DNA of 63,892 bases, counting the filler, from Reticulomyxa filosa (taxonomy: Eukaryota > Protista > Foraminifera): NCBI GenBank assembly GCA_000512085.1. It is 24 parts of 24 records of this genome, joined end to end, with 100 filler letters (N's around TTAATTAATTAA, not from the genome) between each part and the next. Parts side by side here need not be neighbours in the genome. Positions count along the whole stretch, not along the records: positions 18,192 to 26,870 come from ASPP01009207.1; positions 26,971 to 29,002 come from ASPP01046896.1; positions 29,103 to 34,571 come from ASPP01000089.1; positions 34,672 to 37,284 come from ASPP01019607.1; positions 37,385 to 40,043 come from ASPP01006118.1; 19 more parts are not named here. One strand, written 5' to 3'. The notes under the pieces are model-generated. The model was not told where the DNA came from and ran no database searches. It was given only the letters and a program-made list of their open reading frames with translations. Shown one piece after another: positions 24,400-37,460 of this stretch (positions are counted from its first letter, which is position 1; each line of letters opens with the position of its first letter). The position numbers and the translations under genes are program-made.

Positions 24400-25063
24400 G
24401 TTTAACAAACATTTACACTTATGTTTAAAAGAATCTTTTATGTGTGATACAATGATATGATGTCAGTCTTTTAAAGTTATCTTTGTATGTACTTTGCAGT
24501 TTCACACTTATCAGTTAACAACCACATGACCACTATACTGCGCATGTTATCACTCAAAATAGATTTTCTTACTTATCAATGCTTTCTGTTGATATTCCAG
24601 TTTTTTTGCAACGCTTTTTTCCAATTTTGGACAGTAATCACGCCAACATCGAAGTGTTTTACCACTTTTTGCATATACTTTTCATCCAAAAGCATTTTCA
24701 AAGTTATTCAATACGTAAACTCGTCAAGTGCTTCAACGTAATGCTTTTTACTTTATTATGTGTTTATTGTGCGTTAAATACTTTAATATTAGTAAGTATA
24801 ATTAATTTTAAACTTTTTTTATTTGGTAAGATAGTTTTTTTTTTTGAATATTCATTTTTCAAACCCCTTGTGAAAAAGAAGGATGCAAAACTTTTCAAAT
24901 AAATGCAAGATATGATATAGTACAACATAGATGAAAAATATTTTGTGATTTGTTCTATGTACCTCAAAATTATTTTTACTTTAGCTCTTTCAATAAAGAT
25001 ATACAAGTCAAATATTAAAAAAAGTACACTTTTTTTTTGTAATTTTTTTTTTGCAAACTACTG
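24400..25063 (-). mobile_element. Second, different Tc1-like relic (left end plus decayed N-terminal HTH)
   Basis: Minus-strand terminus TA|CAGTAGTTTGCAAAA at 25063. Remnants KVVKHFDVGVITVQNWKK and RKSILSDNMRSIV..CETAKYIQ. Confidence 0.5.
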
Positions 25064-25671
25064 TATAACATCAACAATTTCATTTACGAAAATCAAAACT
25101 TTAATTTTTTTTTTTTTTTACATTAATATGTATGCTTTTAGAAATTTTTTAAACTTAGAAAATAGTTTTCAAAGTCTATTTGTGTGGAATTAGTGATTTT
25201 TTAACTATCTGCCACATCAAGATTTTTTTGCCAAATAAACATTTAGATTTTGTAACTAGTGAAATTTTTATAATATCATTATCGTGGTCATCGTCGTCAT
25301 TCCACTTGCTCATCATCAGAAAATACTAAAACAACATAAAACAAAATTCTCACTTAAACCAAAAAATCTAACAAAACATTAAAAACCAAATAAAAAACAA
25401 AAAAAGTTAGATGACACATATGCCCCTAAATATTTTATTTTGTTTTATTTTTTATTCGGTTTTTTGATAATAATTGCAGCAACTAATCTACTCCCATCCG
25501 CTCCCATTACAGCAAAATGCAAACGTCTTATGCACGATTGCCGTAATGTGAAGATTGTGCCTTTTTTTGTGTGGTTTTATTCCTTTTCTTTTATTTTTTT
25601 TGACGTTTTTAGTTTTCTTTTCTTTTTTTCTTTCGTTAGTAAAAGGGCCAGTTTGTTTTTTTGTTGTAATA

Positions 25672-26817
25672 ATGGACATAGCGCCTGTGGAGGTTGAGTC
25701 GAATGTTGTGCAAAGAGAAGATCCAGCTTCAAAAACATCGGAATCTCACACTTTGGCAAGATATATTCGGCGAAAAACAGGGAGCAAAGCACCATGTATG
25801 GTAGCGTTGAAACAGTGACGACTGAGCACAATAGTAGTGTTTGATAAAAAATGAAAAAATAAATTTGCGCAAAGTGCAGAGCAGGGCAAATAAAAATAAA
25901 TGTAACATAGTGAGCAGTCAAAAAGGACATTTGAAATCATCGTCAATATATGAGCAGTACGAGCAAAGTTCATGTACAACAGAAATGTCGTGGATATTAT
26001 TGACATGGGCTGGTATCATTATTATTATCCTTGTTGAATATTTCGCCCAAAAAGGGAGTCTCGGAAGTTGTGCTTTTTTTTTTTTTTTTTTGTTGGAGAA
26101 AAGTGAAGATGTGCTTCCAGCGCACAAATTGCGAGACATACAACCTCATTTATTCCGAATAGAAACAACAGTCAGCAAATTTCACAACACGCACAAATTG
26201 CAAATCGCAGATCCAGACGAAATCGCTTACCAATGGGGGTTGCTTATGCTTGGTAAGTAAGTGTTGTCACGTATGTCCAAAAAAAAAAAAAAAAAAAAAG
26301 ACATAAAGAAACATTTTAACTTGACCGAAAATGCGAGATAGACAAAAATGAATAAACTCAATATATATAAATATATATATATATGTATATGTGTAAGGGT
26401 AGGCAGTGTCTGTGGCTTGCGTATATAAGCATAACATTGGCGGAACATGGAACAAAAGTGTTTATTCGTGGGTTTTATTTAAGTTATTTTGCATCGACAA
26501 TATGTAATGTACTGTGGACGATGTGCATGGTAAGCAATGTCGAAAGCGTTGGCATCCTTTGTGCGCTGGCCATGTTTGTTTTACTCTGTTTATGTGCGTA
26601 CATATGCTATCGACACATTTGCGATTACCATTACCACCACAATGACTTTCTTCAAATGCATCACCACTCGATCATCAAACAGTCGATCCAACACTATTGG
26701 GATCGGAAGAAACAAAGAAGACGCTCTTTGATGCAACAAAGAATTAAACAAAAAAAAAAGAAAGAAACCCTGGTCAAAGATCTTACGTCTGAGGTATTTT
26801 GTCTTTTCGTTGTTCTT

Positions 26818-26850
<33 letters not shown>

Positions 26851-26870
26851 CGGGAAAGGAAGTAGAAAGG
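25672..26870 (+). CDS. Spliced hypothetical multi-pass membrane protein, 3' partial
   Basis: Hydrophobic exons in ORFs 25841-26260 and 26383-26826, with a GTAAGT donor near 26253. Confidence 0.45.
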
Positions 26871-26970
26871 NNNNNNNNNNNNNNNNNNNNNNNNNNNNNN
26901 NNNNNNNNNNNNNNTTAATTAATTAANNNNNNNNNNNNNNNNNNNNNNNNNNNNNNNNNNNNNNNNNNNN

Positions 26971-27530
26971 TATTGAATGTTCATCATTTAATGGCAGTAT
27001 ATTTGTGTTCTGGATCTGGTGACAAAACAATTTGTACATGTGACGTTGAAACATCCAAATTATTACATGTTTTCAATGGACATAAAAACACCGTTTGGTG
27101 TGTTGATATTTCACCATTGCAAAGCAATAAGAATAATGACAATAATAAAAGTAATAATATTGGTTTAATTGGTGTAATGTATATACAATTTGTTCTAGGT
27201 CATTTGATAAAACCATTCGAATATGGGATATTGAAACAATATAGCAATTGAATGTATGCAAATGACATAAAGATTGTTTGATAAGTGTAAAATGGATCAA
27301 ATGAATTATTAAATACAATGTTATCTGGATTAGTTGATAAAAGTGTTCGTTCGATCTGGTCAAAAATTCAAGTGTTCGATAGACATACAAATTATGTGTA
27401 TGCTGTTGAATATTCACCATTTGTGATAAAGAATAGTATTGGTAATTCAAATATGATATGTTCTGTGTCAAGTGATAAAACAATCTGTTTTTGGATATTC
27501 GATCAAATAAGAATGAGCTGCATGTAATGA
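26971..27530 (+). pseudogene. Decayed WD40-family paralogue
   Basis: LCSGSGDKTICTCDVETSKLLHVFNGHKNTVWCVDISP and VYAVEYSPF, with multiple frameshifts. Confidence 0.8.
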
Positions 27531-28040
27531 AAGTAGACTTTGTTATTATTCGATGAATAGCTCAATTTATATTTGGGTGTGAACATATAATGAAATTTTT
27601 TGATTTATCACTTTTTTTAAGTATTTTCAAAAAATGTTCCACCATAAATACTTCACACCAATTTTTTTGTTCGTTTCCATTGCGAAATCTTGTTATTTTA
27701 AAAATTAGTTGAAAAAATACATTAAAAATAAAAATCGTGTATTTTAGGGGTCTTTTTTTTTGCGGTCGATTGTATCTTTGCTCAAGCGATACTGGTATAA
27801 TAAACGATTTAAATGTTGCTTAAAAAAAAAAATCAAGCAAAAATTTCAAAAGATTTTTTTTTTCAAAATAAACATTTTAGAGAACATGAATGCATTAATC
27901 TTGATTAAAGAGTAAAACGAGAATTTTAATACTTGCACAATAACAAGAATGCTCAACATAAAAAAAATACATTGGATATGGCTAAGGGCATTGTAAAACA
28001 AGAAAATTTAGTTCGTATTTGTTTATTTTGTAAACTTGCT

Positions 28041-28966
28041 TTATTTAGCATTTCTTTTTTTGGGAATGCAAATCAGAATTGGTCTGTGATTTAGCCGATA
28101 TGCTTCATTAACAGATGAAGCATTAACAAATAAGGTCTGACAGTCCTTTTGTTTGGTGGCGCCATAACCATCGTGGATATGTCCAAAGATATGAAGAAGA
28201 GGCTGATATTGGAGAACGTGTTGAAGTAGATCCGTGCACCCAACATGACACTTCCCATCACCCATCATGGCGTACCGTAGAGGGATTTTATCCCCATGTC
28301 CCAAAGGTGGCCCATGTGTCAGCAATATATCTGTTTCCTTTGGGATTAGCTTCCATTTCTCTTGGAGAGGCTTACCCCGATGTAAGTTGAATGCCCAATT
28401 GCAGAAAAAGGGTTGCCAAGGGGTTCCATAAATTTTGTATCCACATAACTCAATCTGAATGGGCGTTAACAAAACAAAATAAAAAATAACCAAAAAACTG
28501 GTTAACATGAATATACGTATACAAAAAATGTTTTTATAAACGCATATACGTATAAAAAAATAAAAGATTTAACCATGGAATCTTCCAAGTAAATCCAATG
28601 TTTGGACTTGGAAACAATGTCTTTGATTTCTTGAGGGTTGATACTCTTGTCATTGGAATTTTGTTTGAAATAGTCAATTTCGAAAGTTTTCTCGTGGTTG
28701 CCAGCGATGCAGACCAAATGCTTGAATTTGCGTGCGTCGACATTGTCAATGACCTTTCTCGGGAGAGTGGGCATGGTGTTGGCATCTTGATGACTTGGGA
28801 CAGACAAAAGAAGCTGTCCCCACTCCTCAAACGATCGCACCGCTTTTCGAGATCCAGTCATCGTAAAGTCGCCCGCATGCAATACAATATCTGCCGAGGG
28901 CAAGTTATCTACGTTGAATTGGATATGTCTTTCATGAGTATCACTAAAGCACAATATTTTCACCAT
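28041..28966 (-). CDS. Calcineurin-like metallophosphoesterase (MPPED1/2-like), one intron 28455-28573
   Basis: Motifs SDTH, HAGDFT, IAGNHE, THGPP and FGHIH. Removing the GT-AG intron restores the frame (EDSM|IELCG). Confidence 0.92.
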
Positions 28967-29102
28967 TTCTTCATTGTTATTATTCTTGTTGTTGTTGTTG
29001 TTNNNNNNNNNNNNNNNNNNNNNNNNNNNNNNNNNNNNNNNNNNNNTTAATTAATTAANNNNNNNNNNNNNNNNNNNNNNNNNNNNNNNNNNNNNNNNNN
29101 NN

Positions 29103-29141
29103 GATATGTTTTAGGCGTTCAGTTTTCTTTGCAACCTACTG
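29103..29141 (-). mobile_element. Tc1-like terminus at the contig start (inverted counterpart at 34532-34571)
   Basis: Reverse complement TA|CAGTAGGTTGCAAAGAAAACTGAACGCCTAAAAC. Confidence 0.7.
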
Positions 29142-29817
29142 TAACTTTAAGTTACTTGTAAATTTGCTTACTATTAATAAAGTATTCAATGACAGAAAAT
29201 ATGTTTCTATTATAATATTCCAATGTATGATATTTAAAAGAATTTGATAATAGTTAAATCTTTAAAAAGAACAAAAAAATCACTTCAAAGACACAGCAAC
29301 ATTACAACATCATAAAAAAAAATTCAAAACAGACAAAGATTTGTAAATACTTAAAAATTTATTATTTCTTGTGTGTTCATAAGCAAACAAGATAGACCGT
29401 AACCATTTTGCTATGTTAATCATTTTGTTGTATGTTGAGTGAATCTTAATTCCGTAGTATCATATTGAATTATTTAGTATTGGGTGAGTTGCTGCTACAG
29501 CCAATTTATTAATTTGTTTGTTTTTGGATCATTAATTCTTTATGGATTTGCATATTGTAAACATTCACAAAAAGAACAAACAAAAATACCAATTAACGTT
29601 TAGATTGTTTCATTCGCTAAAAACAGATGACGAAACTGAGAGTTGAAAAACAGTATTTATCTTTGTACGAAGTGCTCTTACAAGAAAAAAGCACAATTTT
29701 CAAAACTTAAATAAAAGATAACGTTGTTTTTTCACTTAGGGAGTATATCAAAATTCAAAAGTTACAAAGATAATTTCTTTAATAAGAAGTTTCAGAAAAT
29801 TTTTTGGAGTCATTCCA

Positions 29818-31190
29818 TGAGCAGTGGTCATCAAAGAAAAACTCAGCATCAACAGAGAGATAGAACAACGCAACATATGGAAGAAAAAAATAAAGCTAAA
29901 GAAACAATGAAGTCAGACGATGAAATGGAACTAGAACGGATGTCATTTTTTGACATTAAACAAACAACAAATATCGATAATTTAAAGTTTTTCGAGAATA
30001 GACCCCTTGAAAGTTGGAGGGACTTCTCTCAAGTATGCATAGCCATAGCCTTTCTTTGCGATTGATCAAGGATACAATAAAACAAACAATCAAATATTTT
30101 TTTAAAGAAGGAAACATTAACAAATTTGGATGACAATCAACATAAATCGATCAATGAAGAGGAACGAGAGAACACTCCAAGTCCACAAATTGCCAAAAAA
30201 AAAGCTGGAGACAATTGTTTGTATACTTGTCCGTTAGTTTTTTTTAGAGCTTCTAGATGAGAAAAATAGCAACAAACCTTTGAAACATAGGTCAGTCACG
30301 CAAGTTTTGCGTCACGATGAAACTCCAAAGAAAACATTGCCCGTTGACTCCGAAAAAGAATCAAAAACAGCGTTCAAACGAATGAAAGAACATGAAGGAA
30401 GGGAATCCACTCAATCATCTCCTGAGCCTGTGCAAGACCATAAAAAAAAATACAGCATGTGGACGATTCTGCAGTTTCATTTCAAAAATAATATAATATT
30501 TTATACATATGTATAATGTATACAAAAACCGAATTGAGAAAATGAATAAGATTACCTTGACTTTTCTTCATAACACCGTTCACAGATCTCTGAGGGAAAT
30601 ATTCCTTTTACAACCAGTGCCATTATTCACACAGTTAATTTCAATAACGGATTTTAGACATGCTCACTAGCTTTACAAAAAAAATGTTACTCTGTTACAG
30701 CCAAGTCCTGCATTGTCCAGACACACTACTGAAGTCAGCCCCAAAAAAATGACACAAGAGATAGACTTTTATTCATATCATAACAACAAACAAGTGATAG
30801 TGGCGGAGCAATACGACCGCCATAGCCTGCAAACAGTTTCAGAACTTGAATATATCTATGTATATATAAGGCAATAGAAATGATAATAATAAATAATAAC
30901 AATAATAAAATGGATAGGTATCAACACAAACATTGCAAGAAGCAGCACAAGCACATGTACACCAAATAAGTGTATTGCAACGCATGACAGAACAATTAAG
31001 AGGTGAAATATCAAATCGTTTAGATGCACATTGGCATTGTCGAAAATGTAATGTGATGCCATGTGGCTATATATTATTACCATGTCGACATTTGGGTTTA
31101 TGTTGGCTGTGTGATACCACTGGTATAGTATCCGTTTGTCACGTTTGTTCGAGAAAAGCTGAAAAGATGATGATTGATTTTTCTGAATGA
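29818..31190 (+). CDS. Spliced protein with a C-terminal coiled coil and C3HC4 RING finger
   Basis: Last exon contains CRKC..ILLPCRHLGLCWLC..CHVC. Upstream exons are low complexity. Confidence 0.7.
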
Positions 31191-31494
31191 AAATGAGAAA
31201 TTAGTGTTTTTATAAAATACTTTTTTTTCATTTTTCATATACATACTATATAAAATATATTTAAAATGTTATTTTTTGTCTTTCTTCGACAAATAATCAC
31301 TTTGTTGTTCAATTGCACAAACACAAAAACTTGTAATGTTTTTGTAAAATATCCTCAAACGAATTACTACAATGATTTTTTACTTTTCTATTAGCATCAG
31401 CATTTCATCAATTTCTTTAGGAAATCACGAAATGCATGCCAATATATTGTGGTACGTACCACATCAAAAAAAACTAAACAAAATAATCAACATA

Positions 31495-31640
31495 CAGTAA
31501 TTACAAAAAAACTAACAAACCTAAACGCCATCTTATGAAAAGAATCTATCTTCTCAATGAAAAATAAGCGTTTAAACAATTTTTTAAAATATACAAATCT
31601 TGTAGTTTATAAATATAAAATTGGTTTTAAAAGCTTTTTT
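31495..31640 (+). mobile_element. Diverged TIR relic related to the 23062 Tc1 family
   Basis: TA|CAGT start, then CCTAAACGCCA, TTCTCAATGAAAAA and TACAAATCTTGTAGTTTATAAATAT in the same order as in the 23062 TIR. Confidence 0.5.
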
Positions 31641-32574
31641 ACGTTGGACAAAAACATAATTCTTTCATATGGCTTTTAAAAATTTTTATGAATACATATA
31701 AACTGAACGTGTATTGCAATTACGAATTTTTCAATCTTTTGTTTCTTTTTTAGTAATCTTCGAGTTAAGTAAATGTTTAAAAAAGTATTATATCTTTCGT
31801 CGCTTTTGAAAAATTCAATAGTCAAAATTTAATTTTTTGAAACTTTTTTGTAGAATTTGAATTTTAGCTTTGCAATTTTATTTAATGTAATATTTTTTTA
31901 AACATTTATTGACTTTTGTGACAGAATTGACATGTTGTTAAACAGTTTGCATTATTGTTTGATTATAAAAATGACAGTTGATTACACGTTTAATATTTCT
32001 TTATAAATTTTGTAATTTTTTTAATCACATAACGTTAGTGACTAAATTGAAAGATTTTGCATATAAGCGTTGAAAGAACTAGTCCTATGCGAATAATTCA
32101 CGAGCACAACAAGCAATACTAATAAATCCGTTTTAAAATTTTAAAATATTATATTACTAATTGATGTTCTATTAAAATGGCAATAGCGAAAAATAATTCA
32201 GCCTAAGATTTCCGAAACTTCTTGGGACAATGTTAGAATGCGTACACGAACAAAGCAATAAAAAAAATCACATACAGGTGTGATTCTTCTACTCCACTAA
32301 AATCAAACTAAATCAAAACGCTGAACAGAGACGAAAACTTATGCTGACTTGTCCCGACAATTAAGGTTGAATATTGAAATAACCTTATCAAAAAAGATAT
32401 TTGTATTTTGAATGTTTTGGTGATGAAGTATCGGAATCATGACCATGTGTTCAAATTTGTAATTTTTCAAACGGATATTATAAAATTTTCCACTTCAACA
32501 ACCATTCAAAACAAATAAAAAGACCAAAAGCAAAAAACTAAAAGATAATCCTTTTTCCGGTACTATGGAGGGTT

Positions 32575-34150
32575 TTATTGTTCTAGTGACTCTTCAACAT
32601 AAAGAATTGGTGTTTCTAATTGTCGTGTTGTGTTTGCTCTCCAAAATCCCAATTCTTCAAGAGTTTTCTTGTCCTCATTGTAAATAGTTCGTGGATGAGT
32701 AGACATCAATCGAAAACGATTGACAATGCCAGATAAGTCGTTATTTACCAATTCGTGATTGATCCAACACTTTACGTCATTTAACTTATTGCAATTTGCA
32801 AATAAGCGAGCGCAACGCACTCCATTAGGCAGTCGAACGCGAACATTGATGGCAGTCTTTGAGTCTATTCAAAGATACACAATCGAATGTAAGGTCGTAC
32901 ATATTGAACTCATTATCGAGTAGAGAAAGACAGAACTGGAAGGTTCCAAAGGCAGTGGATCCAATTGCAAGGGAGCAGACTTACTCGCAGAAGCGTTTGT
33001 GTCTGATATGTTTTGTGGGATCTCGTCACGAGGACTGGCGCTGCTGTATAAGCCACTTTGATATTGTGCAGTCATTTCATTCAAATGGTTTTTGCCTGCG
33101 CTATCTCTGAGTTTTGTTTTGTCAATATCTTTTTCCCGCGCTGCTATGTGTTCAGTCCATCCATCTTTTAATACTTTTGCAGGAATCACACTCTTTTTAT
33201 CCAATTCGGCTTGTTGTCGCAATGCCTCGGCGTACTCTTTGTCTTGTTGTGCGCGCAGATATCGGAACGAGTCTTGTTGTGATGCCTGAATTGCGATTTG
33301 TGTTTGTTCCTCCTCGTACAAAGACCACAGGATATCATTAGGTACTTCTGCTGTTGGTTGTCCCAAGAGGCGCGTGTATTTTATTTTCAAAAAAAAAAAT
33401 ACGTACACAAAGCTCATGCAAAAAAAAAAAAAAAGTTTTCCAAACATTGTGCGGCATGCCCCCTCAAAGGCGAGTCTCCAATGCGCTCATAATTATTTCC
33501 GTTATGAGAACGATAAAAAGAGGTCCCCCAAATCGGTACCACAAACATCGGAATGCTCAACACCACGCGAAGTAGCGCAAAGAGTGGAAAGATGGTGAGC
33601 GATAGTATGTATAATGGATTTTGTTTGTGATGAGCCGGGAGTAATAGTAAAAACAATGGCAATCCCAATAACAAGTGTATCACTCCTGCCACGTTGCAAC
33701 TAACAATCAATCGTCGTGTTCGCTCTGCGCTACGTGCATAGTCGCTTCTGTGACTGCCGCCTGTTTCGTGATTGATGTTCCCACTGTCGTTATTGCTGCT
33801 GTCTTCACGCTCATATGATGCCGTGTATTGTTGCTCTTTCAGCATCACATCCACGCGTGCTATTGTCAATAAAAATAGTCGTGCACATTCTATCAATGGC
33901 CACCACAAAATTGTGCCGTTATATGACTGTGATAATAGCCTATTTTTGTTTTAGATTTCGTGTTCAAATGCAGATTTCTTTCGCCAGTTGCAAACATGCC
34001 ACACTAACCTAACACAATGCAAGTTGTCAGTATTTCGACCACGTTGCAGAAAGTCGACAGCGCGTTGAACCACAAGTTCCCAAAGACTGTATGATGATGC
34101 CATAATTCGCGAAATTTCTCGTTATATCCTCGCATTGACCGCAACATAGT
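32575..34150 (-). CDS. Membrane-anchored UBX-domain protein (TM helices, UIM-like motif, coiled coil, UBX), spliced
   Basis: UBX motifs VRVRLPNG..RLF..FRLMSTHPR..KKTLEELGF. FAF1-type LRAQQDKEYAEAL, UIM-like EEEQTQIAIQASQQD and several hydrophobic helices upstream. Confidence 0.75.
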
Positions 34151-34531
34151 CTGAAAGTGAGTTCCTCTCAAGTCAATGCGTTGAAAAAAAGTAAAAATGT
34201 GCCCTTTTAAGAACTAAGTTGCCTTGTGAGAACACATTTTATAAACAACAATACTACAACAAAAGGATTCACTATTTTAAATTGAAATAATTTTTATATA
34301 TTCACTTATTTTATGTTTATAATATCGCAGCAAAAGCTAATTTAATTTACTAATACAAATGATATCAGCAAAAGATTTTATTATGTTATATTACCAAAAA
34401 GATATAATTATAAAACTAGACGTTAATTTTTTGTTTAAAAGTCAAACAAATTTCTAAAGGATAAATTATTTTGAAAAAATTTAAACAACAGCAAAAAAGA
34501 AGTGTAAGTACATAAAATGAAATAGTATATA

Positions 34532-34571
34532 CATTAGGTTGCAAAGAAAACTGAACGCATAAAACAATATC
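34532..34571 (+). mobile_element. Tc1-like terminus at the contig end
   Basis: TA|CATTAGGTTGCAAAGAAAACTGAACGCATAAAAC, near-identical to the reverse complement of 29103-29141. Confidence 0.7.
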
Positions 34572-34671
34572 NNNNNNNNNNNNNNNNNNNNNNNNNNNNN
34601 NNNNNNNNNNNNNNNTTAATTAATTAANNNNNNNNNNNNNNNNNNNNNNNNNNNNNNNNNNNNNNNNNNNN

Positions 34672-37284
34672 AACAATATACACATATATGTATACATATA
34701 CATATATATATGTATACATATATATATATGCTTGATATTGAAGACATACATGAATGACAAATGAATAAATGCCCTCGCTGTCCTCAAATTCATAAGTGCA
34801 TGAGGAATCTTCTTCATATGTACTCAATGGCACCTGAACCGGTTTGAGAACCTTGGGATTATTCTTTTCATCATTCAGCAAAGGAACAAAAGTAAACTGC
34901 AAGTCTCTGTTACCCCATTACGTCGTTTTCCCCCCTCCCCTCAGTCATTGAATGGAAATATCGAGAATGTGTATGTAAATCTGAAATCCAAATCATATAT
35001 ATATATAAAACATAAGCAAATAAGCAAATAAATAAATAACTGCATGAAACGTTCAACTGGACACCATATTGACTTTTGCGGATCAACAACGCAATCAAAA
35101 AACTGTAGAGTGTGGTTTGTGTTATTCACAAATTGTGCTGGGGAACGAACGGTAACAGCTTTTTGTCCACCGCGAAATTCAAGGCTGATGACAATGAGTC
35201 TGCCAATGCCATCGGGCTCATCTGTATTTGTATTTGTATTTGTATTTGTATTTGTGTTTGCATGACATTTGGATAATGAAGCGCCAAAATGAAAGAGCAA
35301 AGCACAGCCACATACCATGTTTTTTGATCCAATGGAGATTGTCTGAAATCGTGTTGTAGTCGGTGATGACAATCGACTCCCACTCTTGTCCAAAATACCA
35401 TTCCATGAGCACACTGTGAGTTTCCGACGGCGGCGGTGGATTGAAGTCGGTGGTGGTGCCGGGGAAGATTCTCAAGTTTTCTTTGAGCAGTGGTTCTTTT
35501 TTCTCTTCCATTTGAGACTGCACGGCATCGCTTCCCTTCCACAGCATTACATGTACTTCCAATTCGGTGCAGTTTTCGATAAAGTGCGTTGATGTTGTTA
35601 ACATCGACGATAACATTGCTTCTTGTTTGTCCGCGAGCTGACCAAATTGGTCTTTTATTTTATTTTCTTCGTCTAAAAAAAAAAAAAAACAAAACAAGCA
35701 AATATTTTTCCATTTTTTTTATGAGAGAAAAAAAGAGATATGTTTGTAATTAACCTTGAATTAGTTCGAGCGACTTTTGAATCGATTTGATCATGGCATG
35801 GGTCAAATTGATATTGAGGACTTGCTTCGGCAAAAATTGGATATTGAGCGCATTCGGATACATGACCAAACTTGTAGAGGCGGACCAAGGCTCAACCATG
35901 GGCTCCCATTCCACAATTTTGGTATTGAAGTAATATGCTTTCAATTCAAAGTCCATTCGCGCGGATAATCTCTGTTGGTATGACGTCATCTTCAAGGTGG
36001 TCGGCTCGATCATCATTTGCGCGACAGGAACATTGGTAGACGCCGCGTCATTGATCAACAATAAATACGTGTCTCCAAGTTTGACCTAAAGTTCATTTCG
36101 CCAAAGTCCTTTATTGGCTTCGGACTGTCCAAGTCTTCACACATTCTTTCCAATTGCTGTCGCTGCTCCATCTCTTGTCTCGATATGGTGGTTGCATCGC
36201 TTTGTGTCTCCGGCCAGCTTGGAGGTCGTACTTGCACTTGGGATTGCGTTTGACTTTCAATTGGCTCTTTTTTTTCTTCCACCCCTTCCACTTCCAGCGA
36301 CGGGGGAGCGATTGCATTCAAACTATTTGTCAACAGACTGAAATCGCTGTACCCAAATCGCAAATTTATAGGTGTGATTTCCACCATACCATTCGTTCCT
36401 GTACAGATTTTATTTGTTTATGAAAAAATATATGTGTATATGCATATATGTATATGTATATATACAATAAAAACGTAGGGATATTAGAAAGGAACCTATT
36501 GTATTGGGCTCAATGGCACTCGGGTATTGATGGACACTTGCATCGATTTTAAACGGTTCAATGATCTTCGCAACTCCTTCGCGCATTTTAATTAAGATGG
36601 CTCCGTTTTCGTCCGCAGACATGAGCGCCTGATAGGCCTGTATGTCTGCAATTGTCGCTTGGATTTTCAGCAGCGTCTCGGGATGCATTTCGATGTCGCT
36701 GCTCATCTTCCACGTCAACAGCAATGCCAACGACATCTTTTCGCGAGGGTGGCGGACCATCCTTACCACCGTTCGGGCAATCTTTACACTTACACGCACA
36801 ACCATAGTCGACGGAGCCGGCTTATTGGCATTGTCTTCGTCCAAATACTCGGATTTGGTATCAGTCACCGACATCTCTTCCGTGGTTGAAGAAAGGGGCA
36901 TACTTATGCTGGCGGAGCTATGTTGAGGACTCAATGCATCGCTGGACTCGGAAATCACGCTTTGGCTGCTCGCCCTACTGGCTTTGGAGCCCCAGCGAGC
37001 GTCTAAGAGTTTCAAGGGAGGTCGTGGCAACGGCTTCAAGTCCGCAGGCGGAACAGATGTAAAGTTTAGCAAAGTCCATAATACACTTCCAAAAGTGACA
37101 CAAAGTCCTATTGTATATATGTGTATATGTTATGGAATAAATCTTACCTAAAACATCCACAGTAACGTCGACTGTGTCATTTTCCATAGCCAAATGAACC
37201 AAGATAACCTCTTTGTTTTCCCTTAATCTTGTCATCACTGGAGAAATCAGCAAAGCTCACCAATTGACGGTACTGCGTCAACAC
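34672..37284 (-). CDS. VPS13: VPS13-family lipid-transfer protein, internal multi-exon fragment
   Basis: Motifs INLRFGYSDF, AYYFNTKIVEWEPMVEPW, LNINLT and KAVTVRSPAQFVNNT (VAB repeat start). Confidence 0.85.
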
Positions 37285-37384
37285 NNNNNNNNNNNNNNNN
37301 NNNNNNNNNNNNNNNNNNNNNNNNNNNNTTAATTAATTAANNNNNNNNNNNNNNNNNNNNNNNNNNNNNNNNNNNNNNNNNNNN

Positions 37385-37421
<37 letters not shown>

Positions 37422-37460
37422 AAAGAACACAAAGAAAGAATTAAAGAATACTATGATGAA

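Noticed and set aside
35222-35257. (TGTATT)n repeat giving TNTNTN / QIQIQI / KYKYKY peptides
   Set aside because: It is an intronic microsatellite next to a splice acceptor in VPS13, like the many (TA)n tracts.
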